Made by a program: the position numbers and the translations under genes | Assembly: GCA_002633005.1 (NCBI GenBank) | Contig: NMRA01000049.1 | Location: 590,881 to 654,880, forward strand | Reading direction: 5' to 3' | DNA: 64,000 nucleotides | Origin: Phoronis australis | Lineage: Eukaryota > Animalia > Phoronida | Notes under the pieces: model-generated | The model's database searches: none | Told to the model about the DNA's origin: nothing | The model's input: only the letters and a program-made list of their open reading frames with translations | In this document: positions 36,833-49,900 of the stretch, piece by piece | Numbering within the stretch: position 1 is the stretch's first letter | How the letters are laid out: every line of letters begins with the position of its first letter

Positions 36833-39800
36833 CATGATAGTGTATTGTGGACGATCAGAAGCTGAGAACGCCTGTGGGTAGCTGTATGAACAGACTGTCG
36901 TATATTTGGTATACAGCTTTGTTCCAAGGCTACAGAATCCATAGAAATGCGACCAAACGTACCTGCAACAACGCTACAACAGGCATATTCGCCGGAGCTG
37001 TCATCAACGGTGGCACTTTAAGTTTTAACCTCTTCGTGAAAACAGACGACGTGTAGGCATAGACTACAGATAGGGACTGCCAACTCCCGTTAGAGCGCGT
37101 TGCGCATGTCGCGGGCCACGGGACATAAGCACTAACGATGAGAGGGCGCTGCACACGCAGGATAGAAAACTTCCGGTTTTATGGAGCGGTCGTTCCCTCG
37201 GTTCAAGATTTGGTAAAGTAATGAGTCGAATTGCTTGATTTTTTGGAGTGTTTAAGACTTGTAAAAATAAAATGCGTCATGTCATTTAAAACATTCACAA
37301 GATAATTCAGACATGTTATGAGTTATTAACGCCAGAAACGTCTTCAGCTGATTTTCCGGTGTTTATCATTTACACTTACACAGTCGCATCAGCTGATTTT
37401 TTGTTGCAATTAGTATTGATGTTTGTTTAAATTGAGTACCGTACAAATCAGCTCATAATCATAAGCACAAGTATTAACCAACAAAAATGAATTTGTAACA
37501 ATGTTACACAACAAATATTTGTAATTCACACACAGTTTGTTCCAGGGGGAAGGCCAAAGGCTAACTGACATTGACATATCGTTTGCAAAACTTGAGTGTC
37601 AAAAACTTGTGTGTCAAAACTTGCTGTCACTACTATCATAGGCCAAAAGTACATTGTAAGGCAACTTCTAAACATAGCTACGATTATGCAAAATTGGTTC
37701 GATACATGACACTTGTTGCTGTTAACAATCTTTATTCCATTCCATTCGTATCGTCAGAACATTGGTAAAGAAACTGACCAAGAGACGACAAACGATATTT
37801 CGAAAATACTTGTTTCATCAAGTTGAAATAAAATGACAGTAATACCACCACAAAGTAAAAGCTAATCAAATGTGCAATGGTACTCAGCAGGTGTGAAATA
37901 CTGCAAAGACTGACAAATGGAGGGGGTAACAAGAATGTCTGAATGACAAAATCCTGGCTAATACTCTGCTCTGGTCCCCCTAACACAAAATCCTGGATCC
38001 GCCCCTGGATATACATATCATTAAAATCGGTTCAGTAACGGCCATTTAGCAACTGAAAATTTATCCCCTTCTCAAGTGTTGCGGTACTTCGATTTTTAAA
38101 AGTATTCATGAATGCCCCCATTAGTTGAAACGGATATCAATATAAAGAAGAAAGTTTAAATATTTCGATGGCATACTTTTCACTTTCCACCACTTTTCAT
38201 CATGCTAATATATATGAGCTTCTGAAAATCATGCCGATGAAAAATGGCAAAATTTCGCTCTTGCTGAATTTCGGGTAAACCATGGCTTATGTATTGTAAA
38301 CATAGTGACGAATGAGAAACTGCATTTAGGTCGATCCAAAATTCATACAAAATCACAAAATTCAAACTAAATTTCATCGTAAATGACTGAGAATTCAACT
38401 GGTGAAAAGAATTATCCATTTAGCTCAAACTTTTCATTGGGCCAAACTCCTCGATTCGTGTGTTGAACTGAGCCAGCAAGCGGGCCGATCAACAACTTTT
38501 CAAGTTAATTCCGACACGTTTCGTACCAATAATCCGACTTGAATGGCTCGCACACGCGATTTAGTTTGCATTAAACACAACAAATTAATTTTAAACTCAA
38601 AAATTTGCTTGACGTGCGTGAAATAAAAACGAAAGTTCACCTTCGTTACTATGCTTAGCCATGAGACCGGAAGTTTTGAATCCTGCTCACGTACTTTTGC
38701 GTTAGGCCGCGAGACTTCACGGAGTCGCGAATCTCTTTACTAATATCTATGGTGTAGTCTACGCGCTCCGGTCAATGACCTAGTTTCATGAATGAGTGCA
38801 GCTACTCGATGAGGATTTTACAATGTTATAAACATTCTTGTTATTCATTTATTTTCGAAATGTGATACAAGTTCAATGCACAATAACAGTCGTTTTCACA
38901 CTTTCTTTTTATCAATTTCAAGTGATAAACCGTTGCATTTAAAACTGTTTTCTTTTACTATAGTAAGTTAGAAACATGACGCGCACGTACATACACAACA
39001 GGTTGTGATTCGCCACGTAAACAGTCAAGGTGAAGTATTTATAAAATGCCGTAAGAAAACAAAAGAAACTCAACGAACTCGATGCGTATGGGATAAATAC
39101 AAAACGTACCTCGAGTGGCGTACATGAAATAATATGCCACTCGACCTTATTCCGCGTATCGACCGAGACCGAAGTTCGAGGTCGATACGCGGAATAATGT
39201 CTCGTGGTATATTACTTCATGTACGCCACTCTCGGTACGCTTTGTGTATATATAGCTATACAGTAACATTTTCCTATAGATTGGAATATGCTAAATTCGA
39301 TTAGATTTTAAGCATCATGTCTCTGGTAGATTGCATTCAATTGAAACTTTTTGTAAGTTATGCACTCTTCTCTAAAAGCTATTATGAATTATTTTTGATT
39401 TCTTCTTTTTTTGCACTAAGAGCTAGTTTGTAAAAAAATTAAAATCATTTTTTCGGATGAAATTCTTAAGTCGGGTGAAGGGCGAAGGACAGATCAGACG
39501 TATGACGAGCGTTCACATGTGATTTGTTTTCAGAGAGCAGACAATCGATGTGCCTTGTAATCGGAAAGCATGTGAACGCTGTGTATTTCACTGCATTTTT
39601 AAGTTTCGAAGATCGCCAATTTCGAGTTCCAAAACTACAACCATATTATTGTTCATCTTTAGGTCCGTTCATGCAGAACATGAACGCAAACTTGTGCACT
39701 TTTCCATCTCTCAAATTTTGAAGAATATATCCCCGGAAAAAAACTCAAGCGCGTAAAAAATGAAGACACAGCGCACAAACGCATTTTCGATTGACCTTTA

Positions 39801-41554
39801 GCGGTTAGATAATGTAGTAGAACATACGTCTGCGTCGCCATCTGCTGCACGAAAATGCTGAGGTTCGGGTCTCATGGTTTGGTTTCATCTTATTTGAAAG
39901 ACCTGTGTTCCACAATACATTGAGGATATACATCAATTCGCCAACTACAAGAAGAGCAATCAAACTGGCCATCATCAGTTGTTTCCTTTCAATCAAAACC
40001 CCCAAAGCAAATGACTGGGTCATTGGTTCCACTTCGGACGCCCTGTAAGTTCACCGTTTGACACGTGGCGTGTGGACATGATCTATTTAGCAAAGTGTAA
40101 TAGATTAAAAACCGTTATCTCCTTGTACCTTTTCGACATTTTTCAGACAAAGCGTGCCTCATATTCTAAATTGATGTTCATCTTGTCCCCGCTAAAAATT
40201 AAGTGCACTGTATTTTTTGAATTCGTTTTTAATAAAAGCAATGTCGAAAAAGTCGGTATCTCAACACAAAAATAGCAAGCAATGTCTCAAATATTCAAAA
40301 GTACAAAAATAACACTGACATTCATATTCGGTTGACGCACACTCTGCTCACACTTGCGATATTTTTCAATTTTGTTTATAGAACCTGATCATTTTTGCGG
40401 AATTGATAGTATGAACGTTCTTTAATATCCGGATTTTTTTGTTAAAAAATGGCAAACGTTTGGTCACATGAGATGACCTGGCTAGATATGGCTCTTAATA
40501 TTTTTTACTCACCGACAATATGGCGAAATGTCCTCTTACTGTCCGGGAGATTAGGTGATGCATCTGTTCCCGTTTCACAGTTATCACCTGAAGCAAAACT
40601 TCGCACCCGAGTCAGAGGTGCGGTTGCCACTATTAACGTTTTCGATAACGAAGCATTGAGCATTTCCGCAATCGATGGCGGAGAGGACCCGTCGTCATGA
40701 TTAAACATACCTTCTGCTGGAGTGTCACTTTATGCCGACCGATGATAGGGGGGAAATTGTTTGACTATGGAAGTGTACAAACAAGTTTTGAATAAACTCC
40801 AGTGGCTATATATACACAACCCTAGTCGTTGTCGCGATTCGCATTCGTCCGAGATATATCTGTCGAATATTTTAATCTTATTAAAGAGCGCAGTTGTTTC
40901 GTTTCTCAGAAAACACGTCAGATCAAATCGTTGGGAATTGTCAAATCTCCTTTTGACTGAAAAAGTTGGTGAATCCTTTACATACAGAAATTAATTACAA
41001 AAACGTGTCGGCACTTTTCGTCTCACCAGAGAACTGTTTGCTATTATGGCGTGCATATCAGCACTTGATTCGCTCCTCTTGTTCAGTTGGTCCGGCCAAT
41101 ATATCTGGTTCCCGATGACGACTCCAGACTTACAATTCAATAAGGGATGCGTTCTGCAGGCGCGAGAAATCAGCGAAAAAGCAAGTTCACACAAGACCAC
41201 GTAAAATCACGTGAGTCAAAGGCCGCGGCATTGGCCAGTATGATAGGGAAGTTGCTACCGTGCCCTAGCAAAATGACAGCACCTGAATTATGGAATAAAA
41301 TTCATTGTTTCCGTTCCACGAAAGAAGATGTATCGCCACAGGTGCCTCGCGAGTGCCTGATGTCTTTGGCGGTCGATCATGCTTGAACTGGGAAATTGAT
41401 TTTTTGTCAAAACTATGTGTACAGACGTCACTCTATTAAAAACCATATTGTTTAGATATAATATAACTGATCAAAGCTGGCTCGTATAGTGGGAAGAAAA
41501 TTTTAGAGGGAATCAAATAGTTCAGTTATTCATGGTTGGAGGAGAAGTAGAGAA

Positions 41555-41880
41555 GACTGTGGATTAGTGGTTTGAACTCCGAACTCCCTCTTGGGAGACG
41601 TGGGTTCGAATCCATGTGTTACTGGCAGACAGTGGAGCATCGCACAAAGGTGACGGTTGCAAAGGAGACTGTGAGGCTCAGTGGTTTGAACTCCGGAGTC
41701 CCGTTCGGGAGACCCGGGTTCGAATCCTGGTCTTGCTGGCAGACAATCGAGCATTGCACAAAGGTGATGGTTGCAGAGGAGACTGTGAGGCTCAGTGGTT
41801 TGAACTCCGGACTCCCGTTCGGGAGGCCGGGGGTTCGAATTGTGGCCTTACTGGCAGACAATAGAGCGTTGCACCAAGGT
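41555..41880 (+). repeat. Three tandem tRNA-derived (SINE-head-like) units of ~113 bp
   Basis: Each unit has an A-box-like ggctcagtggt and a B-box ggttcgaatcc; units start at 41555, 41667 and 41781. Confidence 0.75.
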
Positions 41881-42009
41881 GTCTCCTACTGCTGCGAGCT
41901 CGGTCTTAATAGCGAATGTATGCAAGGGAATGAATGAGAACCTGGATATTATGTGAAGGCGATTTCTGGTGCTGTGCTTAAAAAAAGAAGCAGCTTGAGT
42001 CACTGCATT

Positions 42010-43340
42010 TTTGTAATATCTTGAAAGTTCTTAAGGTGTTTGTCTTATCTAGAACCAAAGAGGGTTATTTTGTTTCCACTGAAGATTCTAGGAATGTGAA
42101 AACGAAAACAGTGAGTCGCCGTGATTGTTTTGTAAACTAGAGTGTTTGCTAAGAGATGTGTGTAAACGATAATTTCTAACTGGTCTGTTGTTTGAGTTTG
42201 ATTGCAAATGAAATTGTTTTGAAAGTAATGTGGAAATTGTTTGTGTAAAAACATGCAATATATGATCGAGCAGCATATATTAAAAGTGCCTTCAAGTATT
42301 TTAAAAATTTCGCGTTGGATTTGTATGGGCAAAGTTGCGTGAGATTATTCTTAAAGCTCGTTTCTGAAAGAGTTGGAATATGCTGACATTTTTAAGTCTC
42401 CATATTGTGATAACAATATTAAATGAGTGTCGATCAAGGAGTAGTAAATCGTTGTCAGCATCCATAAAGCTAAATATTTCCTGAGTGTGCTGAGTACGGC
42501 ACAGGTTTTTGTTATTTTTGTTCCGACCAGGTGCATATGCTCTGACCAGGAGAAAACGGAGTCGTCAAATATTATTCCTAAAAACTGTAAAATGTTTCAA
42601 CGAAAGTTAGGTTTTTACTGTTTAAAGAAGGCTTAGGTACTCATGGAAGTGGAATACCGTGTCGTTGTTGGTTGGTTTTGTAGACGAAGTTGTGTATGCA
42701 AGTAAGGTGTTGTCAGCGTACATGAGGCTCTCAAGAGAAGCGGATTTGTGAGGTTGTTAAATGAGGGGACTAAGAATAGATCCTTGGGGTATACCTGTGA
42801 TGATAACTGATTTCTTAGGAAGGTGTGTTGTCACATGAACCATATTGCTGTCGATTGGTTAACTACACTTTGACGAATAAAAGCTTGACTCTAGTTTTAC
42901 CGTAAAATGAAAATTTGTCTTCGGATACTGTTGCAACTTATGTAGATCTTAATTTTTGAAAACCAAAGTTGTGTTCATAGAAGAGATTGTTTTTAGTGAC
43001 GTCATCATAAACCTGTCGTATGCATTTTCTCAAATAAAATTGAGAAGGCCGGAAGTAGAGTGATAGGCCTCCAGTTCTTTTTACTGACCTCATCTAAGTC
43101 ATTTAATTTGTGTATAAGCACAAGTTTGTTAATTTTCAAGTCAGTTGGAAAATTACCTCTGTTAAAACGTTGATTGATGATGGTAGTGAGAGGGTTTATG
43201 ATGACCTCAGTAATCAATTTCATAAGTGTGGTGGAAATGTTGTCAAATCCTGTGATAGGTTTCGATTTGATCTTGCCCAGGGCCATTGAAACATTGTTTG
43301 GATTTACAGCTTGAAATCTGAAATTTGGTTTGCGTTGAAT
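42010..43340 (-). mobile_element. Degenerate non-LTR retrotransposon (CR1/L2/Jockey-type) reverse transcriptase fragment
   Basis: GFDNISTTLMK..PLTTIINQ..FPTDLK..NWRPITLLPAFSILFEK, GIPQGSILSPL (~42765-42800), MYADNT (~42705-42725); broken by stops and frameshifts. Confidence 0.88.
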
Positions 43341-46300
43341 TGGATACGATTTTATTCAACGAGGTGTTCAATTATTTAGTCTCACAATCATGACGCCAGA
43401 AACAATGTTTTGTCACAGACGCCATTTATTGGGAGAATATTAAATCCCCTGAACGCCCTCTCACTGGCATAGGCTCGCATACAAATCGTTTGCCATATGT
43501 GTCGATTTCCAGTCTAGAGCTGACACACCGTTCTAAAAATCTCTACTCTGAGATGGGCATGCCTTCTTTTCGGAGACCGCAAAAAACAAAACCTTTAAAA
43601 AGGTTCGAATCAATAAACTGATACATTTTACACATCATTAGATACACGAAAAACGGGAACACAAATGCATACATATCAATTCTAGGAACTCTAGAGATGA
43701 TCTCACAATCTTCAATGCAAAATAGTGAAAAAAAGTTTCCATCAGATATTAGTAATTACATTTTACTAACTAATTCACTGCCGCCTAATAAAAACAAGCT
43801 ACAGAAATGAATTGTTTAATGAATGCTACACCTGGGAAATCAACAAAGCATCTGCACGCCAGGTCTTTGTGATATCATTAATGTACTGTATTTTTATTAC
43901 AAATGAGCGCATTTACATAACACGGAACGCCAACATGTTCTTTTGAGAACGCCTGGATTGCTTTCGTTCAATTCGAGTGCAATCCAATCGTCGCTGTAGT
44001 CCCTCGTCTGTCTGAGGAGAGCCTGTGCACGCCTGTAGTCTCCGCAGACTATGTATTGGCTATCATTGCTGTAGAGTGCATGCGTGAATCCGGAGCTCGC
44101 TGATAGAATACCCTGAGATTATAGACCAATGAATGCTTTCACACCAATCGAGGGTGTTCTTTTTTATGTGAAAATCAAACGGCTAAAAATAGCACCTCCA
44201 AATCAAAAATAGCAAGAAACCGATTTCTCGAAATCAGTCATGTAATTCCAAATAAACCAAAAAGGGATTACTTCACTTTCACTCAATTTCAAGTCTTAAA
44301 TGACCATCTGGTTCGCAAGTAATCCGTTACCTATTGTCTTAGATCATTCGCGTTATGGTAGCTTCAATAGCAGGATTATGCAATTATTCTTTTTAATTGC
44401 CTGCCGTCACTCAGTTTGGTGCCATGCATTGAGACGTAATTTAGTTCACAGGATAGTTCCGACAAGTGCAGTTGCCGTTTTGCCGCGTCATCAGGTCCAT
44501 GGGCGTCTGTGCAGAGCTACACTTGATTTGATAATCTTAGGTGCATGCGTCAATATGCGAACCACTTGGGTGAAAAGGTCGCGAAAACAGGCATTATTTC
44601 GGATGTACTCTTAGCCTAAAAATGAAGTGGACCACAATGCACCAGCTTGACCCACTTCATATGTTGGCTCCGCCCGTAACCTGGTTGCACTCCTTTGTGG
44701 AAATTGCCTTGATTAATTAAACGTTTTTATGATAATTAAGTTAATTACGCACTGCAAATTCAAATGACATTGCGCATCAATGTTGAAATAATGAACGCGG
44801 CTAAGGGGTGTATAGTTTATATTGACCAAAAACTAATTTTCATCGAACAATTAACCGAAGACCTTGAGACTTTCACCTCCCACTTCTTACTCGGCTTTGT
44901 CTCGGCTTCCACAAATCGACTTAAATTTGAAACGAGTTTTCTAAAACTGCTGGATGGATTTCGCTGAAACTTTTAAAACTTTTAAGATATTAAAATATCT
45001 ATTCATCAAACGCTCTTAGGATTTTATATAAAGGCCCAGTTTTTGCGTAATATAACAAAGACAAAAACAACTCGTGTTTTTTTACAAAAATACCTTACGT
45101 TTCGGGAGTTGATTTGTCATTGAAACCAAACGAAAAGACTGATCGAAAATTTCTATCAGCGTTTTTGAGGTAACTGGTGAAAGTTTCATGAAAATTGATC
45201 GAGGGGTTATTTTGATATGAATGTACCTTTCTTAAAATGAAATGTTGACTTGAAAAGATATTAACGCAAAGGTAACAGCGGTACGTCAATATGAAACATA
45301 TTTTGATATTTTTTAATCTTTTTCTTTCAGCAAATACAAACTTTTACTAGTTGACAAAGCCTAGTTTTTTGATACACGTGTTAGAATAGAGGTCACTAAA
45401 TAAGGTTTGAGATAACCTTAACACGACCTCTAAGAGCAGAGTTTACATTATCCAACCAGTACACGGCTTTCCACAAATGTTCAGTTCGTACCTGCAACAG
45501 TCTAGTAAACGACAGGTGACGCGCACCATATTGGATCGCCTGGAGAGACCGAAGTCTACGCTTCTGTGATTGAACAGCTGTGAATGATAATGGTTCAAAA
45601 ACAAAACAAAAATACTCTAGCTAAGTTGCTAAATTCAATGTTTGGGTCCTTGTAGCCTGATAGAACATGAAGGTCTTTAGTGCTGTTCGGATGGCAACCC
45701 TACAATCTCCATGAGAACCACACAGGCAGGATCCTGTCTAGACCTTCCGAAACGGACGCCAAACCATTCGAGTCATTGCTCTTAATGGTTAAAAAGCAAA
45801 CATATTTTGGTTATTAAAACGCGCATTTTTATGTTACGTGAGTAACACAACGTGCACTCATTTAACAAGTTATACACTGCAGATGTGTATTCTATTGCTT
45901 TGAAAATACGTGCATGCGCGTGTTAAACATACGTTCTGGCTTAAACGTCAAGTGGAATCTTTGCAAAATAAACCGAGGTAACGAAATGAAAACAACAAAT
46001 GTTGAATCGGGTANNNNNNNNNNNNNNNNNNCCCCCCCCCCCCTAAATCCCCCTATGTCTAGAGAGCCATAAATGGTCTTACTGGTTATATTTCACCTTT
46101 TTTCTTTAGCTATCAACGACGAATCAAATCGAGTGCCATCTTGTAATCTCAGGTTTTGACCTTATGACGTCATGTAGTGACCCGAATGCTATCCAATCTG
46201 CCAACTGAACGCTTCATTTCACGAGTTCACAAAAATGCAAATGGCGGAGTGACAAGCGAAATAGTAAGTAAGAAGCCTAATCTTCGAGTGAATAAGTTCT

Positions 46301-46856
46301 TTCGAAGGGCTTTATTTCCTTTCAGTTATATTCATAGAGGGGACACACTAAGATCCATTGGTGATTCAGTAACAGGTTCGTTAGGAACCTGCAACAGGTT
46401 CCTAACGAACCTGTTGCAGACCGGTAGCGTTGTAAGCAAGTCCACGAAGCTTAAGTCACAGTTTGCGTCCGAATCCATCTCCATCTTGGCTGTAGTTTCC
46501 GCAACCCCAAGCTCTTATCTGCGTTTTTGAGTTCCAGTTCACCAGTTCTTGGGATTCAGCTACTGTCTCTTTAGGGAGAAGTTGGACTTTTTTGATAAGG
46601 GTAGCTTGTTCTGCAAACTGGTGAATTGGTGTATGCGTAGATTAGTTCCACATCATACGCTGGAGTCTGGAAAGCACAGCTTCCCGTTTTGCCCGCAGAT
46701 GGATGTGTGACCGCGTGACACGTGAACGCCAGACTGAATACCCAGGGAATGGAACAGTTGACAATGATCAGGACAGGTGAGTCAAACCTTAAGGCCCCTT
46801 AATTATAATATCGTGCCTCCCCGTTGCAATAGTAGTTATGATCGTCTGTTTTACAG

Positions 46857-46961
46857 ATGTCTCAAGATGGGGAGACGACATTTATCAAAGTGCACGCGCC
46901 CTGGAATGTGCTCACGCGTTATGCTGAAAATCTGAAGCTGAAAATGCCCATTAAATACGAG
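46857..46961 (+). CDS. Anoctamin gene 2 exon ([35 protein letters not shown]), 105 nt
   Basis: tttacag acceptor, gtatct donor; anoctamin dimerisation-domain motif. Confidence 0.88.
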
Positions 46962-49900
46962 GTATCTGTAATTATAACGAAATGTTAATGATAGACTAAA
47001 ATCTTAAAATTATTTGGACAGTGCCTAGATGGATTGTTTGAACGACGTCAGTGCTGTAGTGGGGCGTAGGCACAAGGCGCAGCCAACCACCTTTTGGGAT
47101 TTGAACGTAGCGCCTACGCACCGTAAGTTACGTTCTGCAGTGCTCAAGGCGATACGGTGAGCTTTGGGCGCCTACTTACCTCTAATTTTACCACTACAGC
47201 ACTGGATGCGAGTCATTATCGCCCATTTGTAGAATGCTTTAGTGGCTAACCGTCACGTTGGCTTTAGTAGAAGTGTGTATCTCCACATGTATTCATATGT
47301 GACACGTTGAAATCGTTTTATTTATCTCATGCGCGTTGAATCTGTCGAGGGAAATACGATCATGTAATTAAGTTTTCCGTATTCACCTCCCGCACTACAT
47401 GTACTTCAACAGCGACCCCTGACATTGAAAATTCAAAAGATAGGTCAATGTCGACTCGACGTCTTCAGCAGGTTCGATCATCAAACTTTCCGAATATAGT
47501 TTAAAGTAATACAGTTGCAGCAGTGTAACTAACACTCGACATGCAACCAGGCCCTAAACGTAAAATCTGGAACAAAACTGTTAATTATGACACCTTTGTC
47601 TCAGTTTTCAATTGCTGAATACTATATCGTCTGCAACTCAGGCGCCGACTCCTAGGGAAATAAGATATCAAACATTGTTGTTTTTTAACTATTTCCAGGA
47701 GATGTTACAAGTTCACTGCATTGTTGCCGTTGTTTTTATCTTTGCTATCTCTTTTCAAGAAATAAATCGTTACTTTTAAAACTGTTTCTTTTACAAAAGA
47801 AAACTTGCAACCTAACGCGCAAGTATATACATATAGAATGTGATTCGCCATATGAACAGTCTTTGTGAAGTATTTGAAAAATCTGCCGACAAAATTTAAG
47901 AAACTTGGGGATTCGAAGCGCATGGGATAAATACAAAACGTACCTCGATTGGCGTACATGAAGTAATATCCCACTCGACCTTATTCCGCGGAATAATGTC
48001 TCGTGGTATATTACTTCATGTACGCCACCCTTGGTACGTCTTGTGTGTTTATTGCAGACTACAAAACATACACTGCATATACACTATGTACAAACCCTGA
48101 AATCGTAGAGCATTATATCCGGTCCAAGTTAAACAATTTTTTAATATTTAACCTGTGTGCGGCCTTTAAATGAGGCCGGTCATGTCACATGTGTGATTTA
48201 CTTAACGGAAGCATCCAGGCATCAGATATTGACCTTACCTAGATTCTATAACTCTGACTTTAGTGAACACGCGTTCTCCAAGTACACGGTTTTCTCCGCT
48301 AGTATGTTGAACATCTAATTAGCTAAGGTAAACAAACTAATTTGCCTGCTAGGCCATAGTCTGTTCAGCTTTAGGAGGTCTAGAAAATCACTTCCGTGGC
48401 TAATTGTGGGAGGCAAAATAATCTTGGTGATTTCAGTATCATTGAGTGATATACTTTAAGAATGTAAAAACTTCTCAAGGCTTGGGTTGCACGTTTTCGT
48501 GAATTTTGACCTAAAATTTGACAGAAATGCTTGATGCATAGGCCAAACCCAAAACCATCACATCTGTGTCTGGGCGTTTGAAGATAACTGAGGAGTGACT
48601 GCCTACAGCGTAATGAGCGTGCACTAATAAATGTGTGTCCGCCTCTTCATGATGAAATGTGAGTTTCGGAACACTCTGCACATTTATCTCTCCACTATCG
48701 CTTACAGTATGTCATGACACAGATTTCTGTGGGTGGCATATATATATATATACCTTTGTACCCAAGTGCTTTAGCATTGACACTTGCCCATTGCTTATAG
48801 AAACAATCAACAGGGACCAGGGACGGATCCAGGATTTTGATTTGGGGGGACAGGGCAGAGTATTAGCCGAGATGTTGCCCGTCAGACATTCCCACCCCTG
48901 AATTGCCAAATGGAATCCGGGAGAATATTAGTGGGGAGGGCATGGCCCCTTTGGCCCCCTTGGCCCCCCTCTAAATCCGCCACCGAAGATCTCCTTGTTT
49001 TTGCCACAAAACAAAACCTTGAACTGCATTAGAATTTGTTTAATCAGGCTAGGTAAATTTATTTTGTCAAATGTCTTAGCAAAAGCAAACCTTAAAAATG
49101 AGTATCCCTACGACCACTGTACAATTGTCATCAAACAACTCGTGTTAAACTTGAGAGCATCTTTAACACTGTAGTTCAACTAAAAGAATGTCATTTTGGA
49201 AATAACTTTTGTGTGAAAATTAAAAACCTTTACCGTACCACAGGAGCTTGTTCCGACGCGGTTTTAGAGGGTGAGTAAATGAAAGAATAATTTTTCCAGT
49301 CTACTCTAGAAATTCTCCAGTTTGGGACAGTCTCCAAAATTTGGGACACCAAAATCTGAGCTAAAATTGAATTTTCTGGATTGTGAAATTTGGAACACGG
49401 ACGATTCTTGCGTATTTGACATGTCTCAAATTTCAAATGTTTCATTTTTTATAACTTAGTCTGAAAATAGACTTGGAAGTTCATAAAAAGCATTACTGAT
49501 CACCTACACGTTAGTAAAAACTACCGCCAGTGTCTTTGAGTTTGGGAAGGCCAAATGAGTGCAGATTTCTAAAATTAGGGATAAGCTCGAACCGCAAGCA
49601 AAAAAATAAATTTTTCTATGTCCCGAAAAACGGTTTTAAGCGTTGTTCTTATTTTTTAACTAGGGTACTTATCAGGTACTGTTTAAAAGTTGGAAAAGCT
49701 TTTATTTTCCCTTTTGTTTGTGTGCCTGTCTGAAAGTTGTAACCCATATCGTTTTCTGGCAAATGATGCATTCTGGAGGCAGCACGTGTCTCGTTCTCTG
49801 AGCACTGTTAAACGGAACTGACAACTTCCTTGGCTTTCTACTACAAGTACAAAAAGTCGTAATTATGCCCTTTCCATCAAATTCAATATTGTCACAATTT

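Noticed and set aside
36935-37056. GIFAGAVINGGTLSFN resembling the tail of Crypton/DUF3504-type proteins
   Set aside because: Too short and has no recombinase motifs nearby; not supportable without a search.
39780-41390. Possible gene or transposase remnant (also 10200-10550 and 52590-53120)
   Set aside because: Short ORFs with no recognisable motifs or consistent splice chain.
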